This document shows, in pieces, positions 51,231-64,000 of a stretch of DNA of 64,000 nt. Below the pieces are notes generated by a model, which was given only the letters and a program-made list of their open reading frames with translations, was not told the DNA's origin and ran no database searches. The position numbers were made by a program, and so were the translations under genes. How positions within the stretch are numbered: the stretch's first letter is position 1; each line of letters opens with the position of its first letter. Source of the stretch: Vicugna vicugna (taxonomy: Eukaryota); the NCBI GenBank assembly GCA_013265495.1, contig MU058645.1:124001-188000 (forward strand), in the 5' to 3' direction.

Positions 51231-52259
51231 TTGCAAAAGTCAAGAATTCCTGCTCCCTTATATTTACTTGACTGGCTCTGTCTCTGGCAGTTACTGGTTT
51301 ACCTAACATGCTCTCCATTTCTGAAATTCAACATTGCAGTGATAATACAGTGTTGAGGCCAGACAATTTCAGGTATCAGAAACAGCAACTAAACTAGCCA
51401 AGGGGCAGGCAAAGGTCGTATCCGAAGCATCAGCCTACACTCGTGTGAGTGGAAAGGAGACGGTCCTGAGCGTGCAGGGAGGCTAGTCAGAGCCCGACAT
51501 GAGGGACTTTTAAGTTTAAGCACATGTAAAGATGCCCTGATAATATCCATTATTTTTCTTTGCCTTGTCTTAACCTTAAGCAAAAGCCTGCTTATGATAA
51601 GTTGGAAATTATAATTACCATTTTGACATGGTTGGAAAAAAATTATTGAAAGTAAAGTCTTGCTTCTAATACTCCCTGGACTAAGCCAACATAAAGAGTT
51701 CATTACCTTGTGTTTGAAACAGCAATGCCGCATTAAAGGAGCGTCCTTTGAGGAATTCCATATGGTTTGTAAAAGTTTGATTACAGCAGCTATTTCTGAA
51801 GGTTAAAGTAAGATCTTTCTTTTTCAAAAGTTCATGCATGAACACATACAAACGCCCAAATAGATACACACACTTAAACATACATACCGAGCTAAATTCT
51901 TGCTAGACACCCAAATGCCAAATGCTAAATGATGGTTTCAGCCTTTTTATATTGAGTGGAGGAAAAAATTAAGGATTTACGTACATGTATTTTAAATAAT
52001 ACATTTTATATTGATAAAAGAGTGACTATTTCTTCATATTTGTGTGCCTTTCTTTGTGTCAGGAACTCTTCTACACATTACCTAAAGCACACAATGGCCT
52101 TATGAAATAAATACAATTATGACTACAGTTTATAGATGCAATATTTCTGGTTTTCATGCTTTTTTGATCTTACTAGCTATCTCTCCTTAATTTTTCTATC
52201 TCCACTTTATTGGAGTTTACAAAATAGTTATTTTTTTAAAAAATTATGGTCTTTTTGTC

Positions 52260-53022
52260 CACAAATCACAAATGCTGGAGAGGCTGTGGAGAAAAAGGAA
52301 CCTTCCTACACTGCTGGTGGGAATGCAGTTTGGTGCAGCCACTGGGGAAAATAGCATGGAGATTCCTCAAAAGATTAGGAATAGACTTACCATACGACCC
52401 AGGAATTCTGCTCCCGGGCATATATCCAGAAGGAACCCTTCTTCAAAAAGACACCAGCACTCCAATGCTCATAGCAGCACTATTTACAATAGCCAAGACA
52501 TGGAAACAGCCTAAATGTCCATCGACAGGTGAGTGGATAAAGAAGGTGTGGTATATTTATACAATGGAATACTATTGAGCCATAAAAACTGACAACATAA
52601 TGCCATTTGCAGCAACATGGGTGTCCCTGGAGAATGTCATTCTAAGTGAAGTAAGCCAGAAATAGAAAGAAAAATACCATATGAGATCACTCATATGTAG
52701 AATCTAAAAAAAAACAAGAACATAACATACAAAACAGAAACAAACTCAAAGACATAGAACAAACTTGTGGTTGCCAGGGTGTAGGGGGGTGGGAAGGGAC
52801 AGACTGGGAATTTGATATTTTTTAAATACTGACAGGCATATGCAGAAGAGATAAACAAGATTATACTGTATAGTACAGGGAAATATATACAAGATCTTGT
52901 AGTAGCTCACAGCGAAAAAAATGCAACAATGAATGTATGTATGTTCATGTATAATTGAAAAATTGTGCTCTACACTGGAAATTGACACAATATTGTAAAC
53001 TGACTATAACTCAATAAAAAAT
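52260..53022 (+). mobile_element. Young camelid-type L1 3' end
   Basis: ORF2 C-terminus [27 protein letters not shown]...TWKQPKCPSTGEWIKKVWYIYTMEYY, then 3'UTR and aataaaaaa. Confidence 0.95.
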
Positions 53023-53169
53023 AGACAACACTGTGGTCCATTTATACGTCAGTTAGAATAATTTTCTAATGAGGTTCTCTCCTCCATCTATTTGACTGCC
53101 CACTGATACAGTTCATATAGAACAGGCAAGGTAAATATCCAGTTTTAATGCAAGTGAATTGTTTCTCTA

Positions 53170-53540
53170 GCATCTTTAGAAAGTAACACATGCATTGTAT
53201 TTAATATCATTTATCATTTAAATATATTTAATGTGATAAAATCCTTTACACATATTATCATGATTACATTTAGGATAGTCCTCTGTTTTTGGCAGTGAGT
53301 GATTTCAAGCTGGCCCCTTACTCTTCTTGACATAACTCCCTAATCCTTGATAATTTCCTTGTCTCATGTTCTTCTTGTACATTTCTTTCTCAAGATTTAA
53401 GTTAATCTGTTTATTCAAGAAACTCTAGTTTCTTTAAATAGAAAACGGTATTTCAAGACTCGTACCTAAAATCTCTGGGCATGAGATATGCCTATGTCTT
53501 TGGGCTTTCATTAATTCTAGGTCTCTTCATTGGACTGAGC
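53170..53540 (-). mobile_element. L1MC4/5-like 3' fragment
   Basis: ttcaagctggcccc, caagaaactctagtttctttaaatagaaaacggtatttcaagac, ctaggtctcttcattggactgagct. Confidence 0.6.
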
Positions 53541-53975
53541 TTCAGGGCAAAGCTTAGCTGGGCCTTCTACTTAGGGTCTTCCAACGTGTGGTTTAAGGTC
53601 ACCTGGGCTGCGTTCTCATCTGGAGTCTCAGGTGGGAGAGTCTCTGCTTCCAAGAGCATCAGGTCATCAGCAGCATTCAGTTCCTTGGCCTCCTGGCTTT
53701 GGGCTGCAGGCTGCCCTCAGGTACAAGATGTGCCCAGAGTCTTGGCTGCTTACTTCAAGACATCAAGGAGAGTTCTAAAAGCAAATCTACTATCAAAATG
53801 AAATCTTATCTAATGCAACTTTAATCCTTGATGTGACATCCAATCTCCTTTGTCATATTCTATTGGTGAAGAGCATAACACAGGTTCAATACAAACTCAA
53901 GGAGTAGAAATTATACCAGCATGTGAACTCCAGGAAGTGAGAATCGTCAGGAGAATTCTAGGGTCTGATCATCTC
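53541..53975 (-). mobile_element. MaLR LTR (MLT1-type)
   Basis: ctgggctgcgttctcatctggagtctc...tctgcttccaagagcatcagg...tttgtcatattctattgg. Confidence 0.7.
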
Positions 53976-54920
53976 ATACTCTAATTTCTATATATATACA
54001 CACACAAAATGTATTTACTCAATACTTACTCCATTTCCTGCCAGTTTATACTTGTATTTCTAATTCTCAGGACAACGATACAGTTTCTATTTTGTACCTT
54101 CTGTGTTACCTCTGGTCCCGGTTCATTTACTGAGAATCCTAGTTGTCAGTGTCACAGGAGATGACACAACTAGAATGTCCCATCATTACACACAGAAATG
54201 TCTCAGAATAACAACACCAATATTGTATTGCTCATCTAGATAACTGAAGTAGCTTATTTTTTATATTCCATCTTCATACGCTCCCCATTTTTATATTTGT
54301 ACTCTATATTTTCAGATCATATAGTTTTACACACTATAATCTCCCACTTTTTCCCTCCATTTAATTGTGGTTCTGTAAGTAATTCTACATTTAATTATAT
54401 CCACAATCCTTATGTAGATGATGCTTTAGTTGTTTTGATTTCTGATGCTCATTCATCAGTAGATTCCTCACGCAGAGTCTGATACTTTATCCTTTACAAT
54501 AACCATGATTCTTTATCTGTAAAATTGGCATGCTTTTTTTAACCACGATGAACCTAAGTTTATGTTTCTTTCATAAATTTAATTTAGATTTAGGCGGATC
54601 ATTTAAGTTTATAGATATAGATGTTTTCTAAACTCATGGACGTTTCCTCTGTTCTTTGTATAATTCTTGTTTATCTTCCTTGTGTGTCTTTTTATCGTCC
54701 TGGAACTTCAGCTACTTGCCATTCTTTACGTCTCCTAACAATCTCATGATTTTCATCACTCTATATATTTGCTCTGTGCAATGAATCAGGCATCCCTGTC
54801 TTTATTTCTCCTACTGAAGTTTTGGTTCATGAATCATGTTTGTTTTTATCTTCATTATACCTCTTTTATGATCCTCCTACTCCCCTTTTCCTTTTTTTCC
54901 TCTGCTGAACGCATTGTTTC

Positions 54921-55241
54921 TGTTTTCATTAATTTTTTGTGTCAGTTTGGCTAAATCATGGTGCCAGGAGATGTAGTCAAACTTTATTGTGGATGTTTCT
55001 GTGAAGATACTTTTGATGAGATTAACATTTAAACTGGTGGACTTTGAGTAAAGCAGGTTGTTCTTTATATGTGTGTGGGTCTCATCCAACAAGCTGAAGG
55101 CTTGACTCCAAAACAAGACCGATGTTCCCCAAGCAAGAGGGACTTCTGCTAGCCTGCTGGCCTTCGGGCTAGAACCACAGTGTTGGATCTCCCCAGGGCT
55201 CCGGCTGTTGGTTCTGCTTTTCTGGAGAACCTGGCTAATGC
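54921..55241 (+). mobile_element. ERVL LTR (MLT2-like), internally deleted
   Basis: ttaattttttgtgtcagtttggcta...gatgagattaacatttaaactggtggactttgagtaaagcag...ttggttctgcttttctggagaacctggctaatgca. Confidence 0.85.
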
Positions 55242-58200
55242 AGCTCCTCTAGCAGCCATATTCTGCTGCCTGTTATGTTTGTTCCAGGCTTTTTCCCCTT
55301 GCTGATATTGGATCCTTTTAGATGTGTTAGTTCTCTTTGACGACTCACTGGAGCTCACATCTTTTTGATGGACTAACCAACTAATTTTAAGAGAGAGCCT
55401 CACCAGTAGTAAAGGAAAAGAGTAGGACCCTTCTAGCTTGAAAGGGTGAAACAAGAAGGCCGACAAAACTGGTGAGGCATCCTGAGAAAGTCCCGCTTGT
55501 TCCCCTCTTCTTTTCCTCTCTTGGTCTTGCAACGTCCAGCCAGTGGGTGGGGCACCCCTTGGCTTCCTAAGGGCGGTGTTTGATGCTCAGATTCAGGTGG
55601 TGCCAATATAGACGCTGCACGGGGATTTGCATGTTTCTCTGGAACAAGCTGTTTGCACACCGGATTCCAAGTCCGCCTTTGTGTTATCCAAGTGTGTGGA
55701 GCCTGACGTCCCTTAGAATCAGGGTGAATATGCAGCGCGAATTTGGCAGAAAACCAGGAGGAAGCTGTGTTGAAAATTTAGCCTCAAAAGTATTTCTTAC
55801 ATCCTTTGAGTACATTCTTTGCTGTTTTCCCCAAATCTCTTATTATAATAAAATACATTCTCAAAATAGAATACATGTTGGTATTATTCATTCATCTTTC
55901 ATTCCACTATTGAGCAGACATTTTGAAACAGTATTGCTAACTAGATGCTGAAAGAAAACACAGTACAGAGTAAGAAACAGGCAAATTAACTAAGAATTTT
56001 AAAACAGAATCACAAATTCCCTAAGAAATACAAGCTCACATTTCTGAGGAAATCCAAAAGATCTTTCTGAAACTATTCTTTTCTTCATCTATTTTGAATT
56101 GTGTTTTTTTGATATATAAAATTGCTTTAAGTCATTCTTTAAAAAATTATCATTAAAGATAGCAATATTTTTTTATTTGGAAAATAGGAACAGAATATTT
56201 TTTAAGAGAGCTAGAAGAAACACTGAAATTTATATCAAACATTAGTTTTACTTTCTGAAAATATCTGAAAAATAGTATTAGGGGATGACCAGCATATTTT
56301 TAGCAGACCAACATGTGTCCAATGTATTAATCATGAAATATAAAATTCAGATGAGGATAAAATACTGAGTTATAATCCAGGAAATGTTGGCTGAGCGAGA
56401 TGTGTTTGCTAAATTTCCTAAGCAAGTGGAGTAGAAATAATTGGAACCATATGGGAATTGACCTGGAAATGCATTAAATCCAGGAGGTGGAGATGGGAAC
56501 AAGAGAGAAAGACTTAATACCTCACCGGAGAGAAGCTTTCTAATTATGTAAAATGTTACTGTGGAAAATTTGTTCCTTAAGGAAGTAACATTAGGTTCTG
56601 AAACTATGTTCCTGACACTGGCAAATAAGTTTCCATCAAAACTTCTATAACTAAAAGGGAACGAGTTTCTCGGGAGAATCTAGATACCAAACTAAGGAGC
56701 TGTACTGCAATTAACAGTATATTTAACCAGATTTTCTCTCTGAGGGCCATGTGAGACAGAAACTACAGAGAGGTGTGGGTGCAGGACATATCTTTATCTC
56801 TAAGGATGACACAGCGGCTTGAGGAGAATCCAGGCTTTCTGTCTGCTGTAGTTTTCAAGATATGAATATATCATGGATAATGCAGTAAAATAGATAAAGT
56901 TGTCAGAAGCTAAATGTGACTGTTAAAAGCAGATGTACAAGAACGCTAAATTTATACACGTTCTTCCTGTCAGTAGTCAAGATGTCTGATGAGATGAGGT
57001 GGGTAATTGGAAAACTACCTTTTAGGAAAAAAATAGATTTTTCTCAAAATGACTTCAAGAAAGGATACAGAAGTCAAAGTTTTTAAAATATTTTTAAGGA
57101 TTAATTTTTAGGCTGTAAAAGATTGTCTATGATAAATAGGAACTAATATCCAAAACATTTCTCTGTATTTCATTTATTTATTCATTTTTGTTGAAGTATA
57201 GTCAGTTGCAGTGTGTCAGTTTCTGGTGTGCAGCATAAGGTCCCTGTCTCTAGTATTTTTGAAGGAAAATGTAGTTGAGTTCTTTTTTTTTTTTGTCCCC
57301 ATTTAATTCAGTCCTCATCTGATCCTGCACATCATGATTTTCTGACTCCAGTGTCTGTAATAATCTCTGCTGGTAAAGGGCCCTGAAAACCCAACAGTGA
57401 CACAGAGCAGGACCTTAGATTAAAATGCTCACTCTGTCTCTTGCTCTGAGTCTTCCAAGGAAGAGACTTAGTGAAAATAGAGTTTTCTCCCTCTCTTTTC
57501 TCCACAATGGTAAAAATATCACCATGATCCCCCTCCTTCCCCAGTTCACCAGTGTATTTAATTATGAAGCACAAAAGTACTTTCTGGATTAGTCCTGGTT
57601 AAGTCACCTGCTCAGTGATCTTCCTCAACATCACAGGTATAAAGGTCACAAAAATATTTCCTGATTTTGTGACTATGTGGATAGAGAGCTAACAGGCTGA
57701 AAATGACAAGGCAAAATGCCTTGGCGGGGGGTGGGGGGTGGGGTGTACCATGGCTTGCATGATGCTGTCCTGCATTCAGTTAAACCTCTGGGCAGCCCAG
57801 TGAAGAAAGAAAATGTGTTGTACCTGAAGATTTCTATATTTTAGGAACAAAAGCATTGTCCAAGGGAGCAGTCCATCTCTGTCCAGAGGGAGGCTTGTTC
57901 AGTTTTTCAGTAGGAAGAAATTATAATCATTTCTTCTGTAAGGGACAGAGATTGACAGCTTGAAAAAGTTTAAGCACTTCCATCTATAAAAGACTTCTTT
58001 TTGTTTTCATCATAGACACTGAATAATTCAAACACAATATAAAGATTTACATTTGTTCAATAATTTGTTAATTCAAGTTTCTAGTCCTAAATTCTATGCT
58101 CTATCACATAAAAATAATGGTTTCTTTCTTAATATTTAAAATCAAACAGTCATCTTGAGACACTTTTCCTGTAAAATCACTGTATGGGGTCTATGCTTTT

Positions 58201-58434
58201 AATTTTTATATTTTCAGGAAACACACAGATTTCTTTCCTTATCTGAATTGGACTATGATCCCTTTGTTACCAAGCAGAGCATCAGCCCATATCCCCCAGG
58301 AAGCAGGTTACACAGGACCATCTTGATCATGAACCATATCAGAATTTTTAAAGAAATGTTTGAGTGCCAGATGATCATATAATTGAACTGCTTTTACTAA
58401 GCCTTCCTTCCAGATTAAAAAATGCCATTTAAAG

Positions 58435-58920
58435 TGCGGAAACCGCAAATGCTTGGAAGACTCACTTCGGGCGCCCTGTTACTGCCCTCGTTTTAGGCTG
58501 GCATGGCTGCTGGCGTGCGGCTGATGAGGGAGCGAACGTCTAAGCAGTCTTGCTGGTTTACAGCGGGGGATTTTCTTAACCCAACGGAGGCACCGGGAGG
58601 CCATGTTGCACTCGGGGCACCGCGGCTCGCGGCTCCGATCGCCCCGCGCCCCGAGCGGGGATCTCTCATTGCATTTTCATGCATCACTTACAAGTCGCTG
58701 CAGCGATTCCTGAAAGTCGGCGCATCTCACCAAGTTAACACAAAGTAACTTCGAAGGGAAGAAGCATGTTCTGTGGTATCTAGGCGTGTTTGCTTCTGTC
58801 CATTGATTGCATTTACAACACAAGTCAAGCAGGAAGAAAGATGAACAGCTTGGGCGGGTGTTAGGAAGTGCGCAGGTCCGCTCGCGGAGGGGAGGGGTCA
58901 CTGAGCTGTTTCCAGCGACA
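58435..58920. promoter_or_regulatory. Orphan CpG-rich patch (candidate enhancer or promoter)
   Basis: Dense CpGs in non-repeat sequence; RUNX-like AACCGCA, GC box tgggcggg and ETS-like aggaag motifs. Confidence 0.45.
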
Positions 58921-59019
58921 ACATGAGGGGACAGTGTTTGCATTCTAAATTTGAACCATCAGGATGCAGACTTTACATTCTCTGCGTAAATACATGTGAG
59001 TAAGGGCATACCCATAAAA

Positions 59020-59850
59020 ACAGTTACGTATAAAGAACGTCCACAACTAAGTATTAAGGGGAAAAAAGAGAAAAGCAAAGCATTAAAATTGTCAAAGAAT
59101 TTGACAGGCATTTCATGAACGAAAAGAAACAAATGTCAAAGTATTACACGGAGTTGGTGTGTATCATTAGTGATTAAGGAAATGAAATTTTAAATTACAT
59201 TTATCATAGCATTTAAAAAATCGGACCGATTACTGGAGAGAATGTGGAGCAAATAGAACCCATCTACATTTTGTGTAGGACGCAAAATGATACAGTCCCT
59301 CCAGAAAATAGGTTGGCAGTTTTTTTTTTTCAATAAAGTTAAGCATGTGGTTAACAAATGACTCACTCCTAAGTATTTATCCAGGATAAACAGAAGCATA
59401 AGGGCCCTGTGTGCAAGTGTTCGTAAAATCTTTATCCGTGGTTGCCATAAAACGTGAACAAGTCAGATTGTCTCGGGAAGGAGTGGCTGGCAGAGCCCTG
59501 GGATCATGTATGCGATGGAACGCGGCTCAGCAATGAAGCGGGAGACTCCCAGCATATCTGAGCGCAGGGGCGGGTCTGGAAAGCACGATGCTCGGTGAAA
59601 GAGCCCTGCCCCAGCGGCTCCGCATGCGTTTTATAAAAGCAAAAGGCACAGAATCAAGACTTGGTTGCTGCCCAGGGCTGGGGCTGAGAGGTGATTAACT
59701 AGAGAGGCGCATGGGACAACTTCACTATGTAAAGGCTCTAAAATATTGGTGGTTATTGGTCTGTGTTATGTTTGTCAAGTCTCCAGGAGCCATAAACATG
59801 AAAAGGGTAAATTTTACTGTATGTGAAATGTACCTCAATCAACGTAATGT
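59020..59850 (+). mobile_element. Old L1M 3' end with a GC-shifted central segment
   Basis: attagtgattaaggaaatgaaa, cactcctaagtatttatcc, aaaagggtaaattttactgtatgtgaaatgtacctcaat. Confidence 0.75.
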
Positions 59851-59873
59851 GAATACACCCCCCCAGACTAGGT

Positions 59874-60027
59874 CAGTGTTTCTCCAATGTGCAGACAAAT
59901 CTCCAAGGATCTTACCAAAAAGCAGATCCTGAAACAGTAGGTCTAGGGTGTGGCCTGAGATTCATTTCTCTAACAAGTTCCTCTGGGGTATCTGTAATGC
60001 TAGTCCATGGACTAGTCTGAGCAGCAA
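59874..60027 (+). mobile_element. MER5A-like hAT-Charlie MITE
   Basis: cagtgtttctccaa...cagtaggtctagggtgtggcctgagattcatttctctaacaagttcc...gctagtccatggac...tgagcagcaag. Confidence 0.75.
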
Positions 60028-61036
60028 GAGAATAGGCTACACCTTCATGCTAATCAGATTGGACCATATTTACGGAGCTAAAACCAATTAAAGATAATTG
60101 ACATAAACTGTGGCCCATAGTTTGGAAAATACCTTGACATTTTTGGAGGTTGAAGGCCTTCTCCAAGTGTCCTAGTTAAGGTCGAACTTTTTAATGAAAT
60201 AGAGTCTGTGAGGGAAGACTTCTGGGTTCAGCCAAACAAAGGCACGGGGAATTAGAGTCATCTGATCTTGATTAATAAGCTTTTACATCAACAGAATCTG
60301 AATTTCCAAAATTTCATTCACAAAATTCTTATGAAATTTTGTGTACAAATCTACTCTCCTTACAAGATACAATGGAGGCAAGTTTTATTTTGTTTATACC
60401 TGAACTTTTGAAGGCTATGTGATATTTTTAGTAAGAGTTGAAGTTGGCGTTGGAAAAGATTATCACTAAGCTGTTCAGTGGTTATGATTCAGCCCTTGAT
60501 CTATCATAATACTCCAAGGAAAATTTTTGTATTTGTACTTCTTTCTAAATTAGGTTACAGAAAATCAGTAAGGGAGATGTTTCTTTTTATCCATTAATGG
60601 AGCGAAGCTTTTACAGGGCCAAGTCATATTCCAGTTTAAATTTTCCTTAATATAGTTGATTGTAAAATGATACTTTTGCAAGTCGACATACAAGAAACAG
60701 CATGTAAATAGCTTGGCATAATTTATATCATACTTTTAATGTTACCAAATTTTTAAAGATACCAGTAAGGATATATTCAAAGAGCTTGCATGATATTGGA
60801 AAGACATTTTCTTTCTAAAAGGATAGTTATGAATGCATCATATCCCAAGTATTTTACTTTCTAGGTTGTGCTACTTTATGAATAAAAGGTGTTTTAAAAT
60901 ACTCCTTATTTTTTCCTTTTATTAATGGTAAAGATGAAAATGAAGAATCTAAACAAACAAAATGCCACCAGAATAGTCCCCTTATATCTTGATGGCATTT
61001 GCACTTAACACACACTAATCACTACCTTAGTCATTT

Positions 61037-61304
61037 CTTTCTTTTTTTTTTTTTAATTGAAGTGTAGTCAGTTTACAACATTGTGCTAATTTCCGGTGGA
61101 CAGCATAGTGATTCAGTTATATACTTTTTCACTATAGGCCATTACAAGGTATTGAATATAGCTCCCTGTGCTGTACAGTAGATCTTTGTTGTTTATCCAT
61201 TTTATATACACTAGGGCGTGTCTGCAAATCCCAAACTCCCAAATTATCCCTCCACCACCTGCAACCCTTACTCCCTTGGTAACCATAGAAAACAAACATG
61301 TGGT
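61037..61304 (-). mobile_element. Short L1 3' end with a micro 5' inversion
   Basis: Poly-T tail; 14-bp TSD taccttagtcattt (61023-61036 / 61305-61318). Confidence 0.9.
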
Positions 61305-62397
61305 TACCTTAGTCATTTTTGCTTGTTCTTTAATCTTATCTGAGAATTTGTTTATTTTTCCCAGTATCCATTTTTTCTCTCAGATCATCTTCCCACAATA
61401 TAACATATAAACCAAGGTTTTAAAATCCAGTATTGTATGTGGAGGGAGTATGTGCCAATATTAGTGATTTTGGCCAGTTAAGAGGACTATGTCAGGCTTT
61501 GCCATTCATGCCACAGCTTTTTTGGTAAATTTTTTGAGAACAAAAATCTATTAATATCAAGCAATGCTTTATATCATTTAATGGGAAAAATAATCATTAT
61601 CATTCTCAAATTGTGCCTTTGAAACTGTTCTATGCTCAATTAATTAACATATTTAAATGTTCTAATGGATATTTTATGGAATATCTTATTGGAGAAATTG
61701 GGGTGGCACTTAATTCTTGTTCAGCAGTAAATGAGCAAGTATGCTGCCTATGGCAGGAGAGGAAGTACAGTGTGTTGACTCTGCTTCCTGCCTACAGCAT
61801 AATTGCTTACTGAATTTTCACTGAGTTTGTGTTTGTTTCTGTTTTATTTACATGAATCACTGACAATCACATAAAAATTTAAAAAATCCGTCTTAAATGG
61901 TCTTTGACCCTCAGATAACATCTTAACTGGTGACTGCAAATGCCGCAACACTGCTTACGTGAGAACTTGTGCGTCTTGCACAAGTGAAATAGGGTTTTAT
62001 AACAGGTGCCTACTGCTAGGGCTGAGCCAAGGCAGATGATTAGACCAGAGAGACCCCGACACTCAGCAGGAAGCCACAGCACAAGGTTTAGCGCTTGTCA
62101 GTGTCATCAGTGACACAAGGTGTGGGTCTCTAAAGAAAATCAGCAAGAATGCTGGTTGGTGGCATCGTGGATGGCTGCATTTCCTCTGAGATCTTCTTCA
62201 GAGCACGGTTAACAGAGGGTAAGCACTTTTAGAAGATGGAACATAAAAGCCACCAGATGGAATAATAAAAGCTACTTCACATCAGATTTGTCCATTTGAG
62301 TGACTGTCTCAGAGTTGCATGCGTTTTCACCACTTAGAAAAAAATATGAGGCGCTCTCCCATAATACTCTTCTCTTCAAAACAAAACAAGAAGATGT

Positions 62398-62529
62398 CAC
62401 ACACACACACACACACACAGAGACATGCACATGCACACACACAGACACGCACGTACACACACAGAGACACACACACATACACACACAGACACACACACAT
62501 ACACACACACAGACACACACACACACACA
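62398..62529 (+). repeat. Compound (CA)n microsatellite
   Basis: Read directly; explains the HT/CV-repeat ORFs in the track. Confidence 0.95.
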
Positions 62530-62702
62530 GAAGCGTCTACTAACCAGACTGTGGTAGAAGCACTTAGCCTAGAGAATTTAGCCGCAGGGAGAGGTCTCCT
62601 TGTTTCTTTCCCTTACCAACTTTTTGTTTAATAAATGTACTTTGCTAATGCTCAATTCCATGGAGTTCGTGCTAGAACATAAATATATATAAAACTTACC
62701 AT

Positions 62703-63150
62703 GAATCATAGATTCACAGAATTACTGGGTTGGAAATAATCCTAGAACTACACTTGTTAAGCTTGGATTTCTTCCACCCTGAGTGTCTCGTCTGCATCTA
62801 ATACCAGGAGTATTAGGAACAACACATTTTCTCACGGGGTGGCTGTGTCTGTAAGAAGGTTTTTAAATTCAGTCAAAGTGCACCTCCCTATACGTGACAC
62901 CTCACTTGCGGGTAACTGACCTACTTCTTAGGACAACGCAGAAGGCTAATTCCCGTGTGCACAGCAGACTTTCATATTTCTTATTCCTCCCAAGTGAACT
63001 TTTTTACCAACAAAACTTATTTCAACAGCTTCTCATAGGACAAATGTGTTGCTTCATCACTCTAGTGTTGGTATTTAAAGTATGTTCCAATTTTCCTACC
63101 TCCGTCTGCAAGTGTGTTCTGTGACAACAATCACTGTGCATGCCAGAATT
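62703..63150 (-). mobile_element. L3/CR1 3' fragment
   Basis: aatcatagattcacagaatt...ggacaacgcagaaggctaattccc...cagactttcatatttc...ttcaacagcttctcataggaca resembles an antisense CR1/L3 3' end. Confidence 0.55.
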
Positions 63151-64000
63151 AGCAGGAAATATTCACAAGTTCTGTTTTAAATCTCCTCAATGATCTGATA
63201 ATTGGTGTTTCATCTCCTAAGATGCTTTCCCATGTAGAAAAATCAGAAATAACTGAGAGAAGGAATAGATTTTACAGAGTGAGATGTTGCATTTCTTTGG
63301 CGTATGTTAACATTGTTGTTCATTCACTCCTTTATAAGTTTATTCACTCATCAATTTATTCATTCATTAGAAATGTAACAAAGTTATATGCAAGGTTTAT
63401 GAGATACGTAGCGAAGAATCAGTCACCAGTCCTGGTGCCAAGAATCACAGTCATTAAGAAACATAAGGAATATTATGGAAGTAGGGAGTTTGCTGCAGAA
63501 TGTAATTCGTGTAACTTGACTCCCTAAGGTTGAATGTCATGGGTTCTGACATCGACAGCTTATTTCTAGGTGGGAGTCAGCTGTATTCTCTTACGTTAAG
63601 ATTGTTATTCAACTTAATGTTGAATGATTATATATGTATATATTATACATACAATAATATATATATATATTTTAAGCAGTAAGCTCTCTTTGATTTGGTA
63701 GTAAATTATTCAAGCTGGACATTTTGTTGTAAAGGGGAACACATCTTTTAAAGTATATTGTATTATATATTGACATTTTTGTAATCATAATCTGTAAGTA
63801 TATGTAAAGCTAAATATAGAAAGTTTAGTAAATAAAATACTAAATTCTACTTTGTATGGTACGTTCACTTCACAGTTAATGAGAAGTTATCAATGCTGAT
63901 ACGTGCACTGGTCCTAATGAGCCCTTGAAATTTATTTTCTACAATCCAATCAAACAAAACCAAGTTGTACTGGGGAGATACAGTGTATCCAGACATGCAG

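Noticed and set aside
57332..57574. 80-aa ORF with GELGKEGDH...LPW, faintly like CR1 ORF2
   Set aside because: Resemblance too weak to call without an HMM search; no splice or start context supporting a gene.
62272..62631. His/Thr- and Cys/Val-rich ORFs
   Set aside because: Translations of the (CA)n microsatellite.

Overview
AT-rich mammalian genomic DNA, most likely camelid: there is a tRNA-Ala-derived vic-1-type SINE at ~36.7 kb and several near-identical young L1 3' ends. I recognise no known protein-coding gene, rRNA, functional tRNA or CRISPR array. By eye, about half or more of the window is interspersed repeat: old L1M fragments, younger L1s with target-site duplications (TSDs), L2, L3/CR1, MIR, MamSINE1, MaLR/ERVL LTRs and MER5A. 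A 451-nt assembly gap lies inside a young L1. Four signals are not explained by repeats. (1) An old inverted duplication with ~470-500 bp arms (27440-27912 vs 31168-31670) whose inner ends carry CpG-rich, promoter-like sequence with RFX X-box, MYB and MARE motifs plus splice donors. (2) A CpG-island, apparently bidirectional promoter at ~5.7-6.8 kb, from which an in-frame three-exon minus-strand ORF with a CxxC-x16-HxxxC motif can be spliced. (3) An intact solo LTR with a 5-bp TSD. (4) Sharp GC/CpG-gain patches inside old repeats. Repeat family names come from my recall of consensus motifs and their boundaries are approximate. All gene models are hypotheses.
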